A stretch of 40,796 nt of DNA, from the NCBI GenBank assembly GCA_032718475.1, contig JAUCBJ010007344.1, positions 1 through 40,796 on the forward strand, given 5' to 3'. Positions 37,001 to 40,796 of the stretch are shown here, piece by piece. Under the pieces are notes generated by a model. The model was given only the letters and a program-made list of their open reading frames with translations. It ran no database searches and was not told the DNA's origin. How positions within the stretch are numbered: position 1 is the first letter of the stretch; each line of letters starts with the position of its first letter. This stretch comes from Nemertoderma westbladi (lineage: Eukaryota; Animalia; Xenacoelomorpha). The translations under genes and the position numbers were made by a program.

Positions 37001-40000
37001 TTGTGTTGGTTACTTTACCACACATTGTGTTGGTTACTTTACCACACATTGTGTTGGTTACTTTACCACACATTGTGTTGGTTACTTTACCACACATTGT
37101 GTTGGTTACTTTACCACACATTGTGTTGGTTACTTTACCACACATTGTGTTGGTTACTTTACCACACATTGTGTTGGTTACTTTACCACACATTGTGTTG
37201 GTTACTTTACCACACATTGTGTTGGTTACTTTACCACACATTGTGTTGGTTACTTTACCACACATTGTGTTGGTTACTTTACCACACATTGTGTTGGTTA
37301 CTTTACCACACATTGTGTTGGTTACTTTACCACACATTGTGTTGGTTACTTTACCACACATTGTGTTGGTTACTTTACCACACATTGTGTTGGTTACTTT
37401 ACCACACATTGTGTTGGTTACTTTACCACACATTGTGTTGGTTACTTTACCACACATTGTGTTGGTTACTTTACCACACATTGTGTTGGTTACTTTACCA
37501 CACATTGTGTTGGTTACTTTACCACACATTGTGTTGGTTACTTTACCACACATTGTGTTGGTTACTTTACCACACATTGTGTTGGTTACTTTACCACACA
37601 TTGTGTTGGTTACTTTACCACACATTGTGTTGGTTACTTTACCACACATTGTGTTGGTTACTTTACCACACATTGTGTTGGTTACTTTACCACACATTGT
37701 GTTGGTTACTTTACCACACATTGTGTTGGTTACTTTACCACACATTGTGTTGGTTACTTTACCACACATTGTGTTGGTTACTTTACCACACATTGTGTTG
37801 GTTACTTTACCACACATTGTGTTGGTTACTTTACCACACATTGTGTTGGTTACTTTACCACACATTGTGTTGGTTACTTTACCACACATTGTGTTGGTTA
37901 CTTTATCCACACATTGTGTTGGTTACTTTACCACACATTGTGTTGGTTACTTTACCACACATTGTGTTGGTTACTTTACCACACATTGTGTTGGTTACTT
38001 TACCACACATTGTGTTGGTTACTTTACCACACATTGTGTTGGTTACTTTACCACACATTGTGTTGGTTACTTTACCACACATTGTGTTGGTTACTTTACC
38101 ACACATTGTGTTGGTTACTTTACCACACATTGTGTTGGTTACTTTACCACACATTGTGTTGGTTACTTTACCACACATTGTGTTGGTTACTTTACCACAC
38201 ATTGTGTTGGTTACTTTACCACACATTGTGTTGGTTACTTTACCACACATTGTGTTGGTTACTTTATCACACATTGTGTTGGTTACTTTACCACACATTG
38301 TGTTGGTTACTTTACCACACATTGTGTTGGTTACTTTACCACACATTGTGTTGGTTACTTTACCACACATTGTGTTGGTTACTTTACCACACATTGTGTT
38401 GGTTACTTTACCACACATTGTGTTGGTTACTTTACCACACATTGTGTTGGTTACTTTACCACACATTGTGTTGGTTACTTTACCACACATTGTGTTGGTT
38501 ACTTTACCACACATTGTGTTGGTTACTTTATCACACATTGTGTTGGTTACTTTACCACACATTGTGTTGGTTACTTTACCACACATTGTGTTGGTTACTT
38601 TACCACACATTGTGTTGGTTACTTTACCACACATTGTGTTGGTTACTTTACCACACATTGTGTTGGTTACTTTACCACACATTGTGTTGGTTACTTTACC
38701 ACACATTGTGTTGGTTACTTTACCACACATTGTGTTGGTTACTTTACCACACATTGTGTTGGTTACTTTACCACACATTGTGTTGGTTACTTTACCACAC
38801 ATTGTGTTGGTTACTTTACCACACATTGTGTTGGTTACTTTACCACACATTGTGTTGGTTACTTTACCACACATTGTGTTGGTTACTTTACCACACATTG
38901 TGTTGGTTACTTTATCACACATTGTGTTGGTTACTTTACCACACATTGTGTTGGTTACTTTACCACACATTGTGTTGGTTACTTTACCACACATTGTGTT
39001 GGTTACTTTACCACACATTGTGTTGGTTACTTTACCACACATTGTGTTGGTTACTTTATCCACACATTGTGTTGGTTACTTTACCACACATTGTGTTGGT
39101 TACTTTACCACACATTGTGTTGGTTACTTTACCACACATTGTGTTGGTTACTTTACCACACATTGTGTTGGTTACTTTACCACACATTGTGTTGGTTACT
39201 TTACCACACATTGTGTTGGTTACTTTACCACACATTGTGTTGGTTACTTTACCACACATTGTGTTGGTTACTTTACCACACATTGTGTTGGTTACTTTAC
39301 CACACATTGTGTTGGTTACTTTACCACACATTGTGTTGGTTACTTTACCACACATTGTGTTGGTTACTTTACCACACATTGTGTTGGTTACTTTACCACA
39401 CATTGTGTTGGTTACTTTACCACACATTGTGTTGGTTACTTTACCACACATTGTGTTGGTTACTTTACCACACATTGTGTTGGTTACTTTACCACACATT
39501 GTGTTGGTTACTTTACCACACATTGTGTTGGTTACTTTACCACACATTGTGTTGGTTACTTTACCACACATTGTGTTGGTTACTTTACCACACATTGTGT
39601 TGGTTACTTTACCACACATTGTGTTGGTTACTTTACCACACATTGTGTTGGTTACTTTACCACACATTGTGTTGGTTACTTTACCACACATTGTGTTGGT
39701 TACTTTACCACACATTGTGTTGGTTACTTTACCACACATTGTGTTGGTTACTTTACCACACATTGTGTTGGTTACTTTACCACACATTGTGTTGGTTACT
39801 TTACCACACATTGTGTTGGTTACTTTACCACACATTGTGTTGGTTACTTTACCACACATTGTGTTGGTTACTTTACCACACATTGTGTTGGTTACTTTAC
39901 CACACATTGTGTTGGTTACTTTACCACACATTGTGTTGGTTACTTTACCACACATTGTGTTGGTTACTTTACCACACATTGTGTTGGTTACTTTACCACA

Positions 40001-40796
40001 CATTGTGTTGGTTACTTTACCACACATTGTGTTGGTTACTTTACCACACATTGTGTTGGTTACTTTACCACACATTGTGTTGGTTACTTTACCACACATT
40101 GTGTTGGTTACTTTACCACACATTGTGTTGGTTACTTTACCACACATTGTGTTGGTTACTTTACCACACATTGTGTTGGTTACTTTACCACACATTGTGT
40201 TGGTTACTTTACCACACATTGTGTTGGTTACTTTACCACACATTGTGTTGGTTACTTTACCACACATTGTGTTGGTTACTTTACCACACATTGTGTTGGT
40301 TACTTTACCACACATTGTGTTGGTTACTTTACCACACATTGTGTTGGTTACTTTACCACACATTGTGTTGGTTACTTTACCACACATTGTGTTGGTTACT
40401 TTACCACACATTGTGTTGGTTACTTTACCACACATTGTGTTGGTTACTTTACCACACATTGTGTTGGTTACTTTACCACACATTGTGTTGGTTACTTTAC
40501 CACACATTGTGTTGGTTACTTTACCACACATTGTGTTGGTTACTTTATCACACATTGTGTTGGTTACTTTACCACACATTGTGTTGGTTACTTTACCACA
40601 CATTGTGTTGGTTACTTTACCACACATTGTGTTGGTTACTTTACCACACATTGTGTTGGTTACTTTACCACACATTGTGTTGGTTACTTTACCACACATT
40701 GTGTTGGTTACTTTACCACACATTGTGTTGGTTACTTTATCACACATTGTGTTGGTTACTTTACCACACATTGTGTTGGTACTTTACCACACATTG
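31021..40796. repeat. 24-bp satellite array, about 400 copies, running off the window end
   Basis: Unit CACATTGTGTTGGTTACTTTA(C/T)CA. One variable site, 1-bp insertions near 37906 and 39059, and a 1-bp deletion near 40780. Confidence 0.99.

Noticed and set aside
30924-40771. Giant (MCGKVTNT)n ORFs as an antifreeze-like or beta-solenoid protein
   Set aside because: A stop-free frame is easily produced by a 24-bp unit. There is no synonymous variation, the only variant is non-synonymous, and the frame is broken by indels.

Overview
AT-rich, intron-containing eukaryotic DNA, most likely from an invertebrate animal (inference); there are no prokaryotic features. The one clear host gene is a plus-strand choline/ecdysteroid-kinase-like (EcKL/CHK, APH fold) gene. 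Its last four exons were reconstructed with consistent splice phases (15003-15165, 23928-24124, 24874-25023, 27204-27442); its 5' exons were not found. Its introns and flanks are packed with mobile DNA. The most unusual element is a very young BEL/Pao LTR element (15515-22343, minus strand, 534-bp LTRs, 5-bp TSD). It carries only a gag gene (about 1,200 aa, split by four +1 shifts at or near G runs), has no tRNA-type PBS but a possible self-priming fold, and has a 3' array of about 22 covarying GGYAC-N3-5-GTRCC hairpins. Other mobile DNA: a 5'-truncated RTE-like LINE plus a 62-bp copy of its 3' end flanked by a TSD, a hAT-like and a Kolobok-like non-autonomous element, a foldback element, and decayed BEL/Pao, LINE ORF1 and DDE-integrase fragments. 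The window starts with two compact, intronless, virus-like ORFs (one a RING finger) and ends in about 9.8 kb of a 24-bp satellite. All family assignments come from motif recognition by eye, not from searches.
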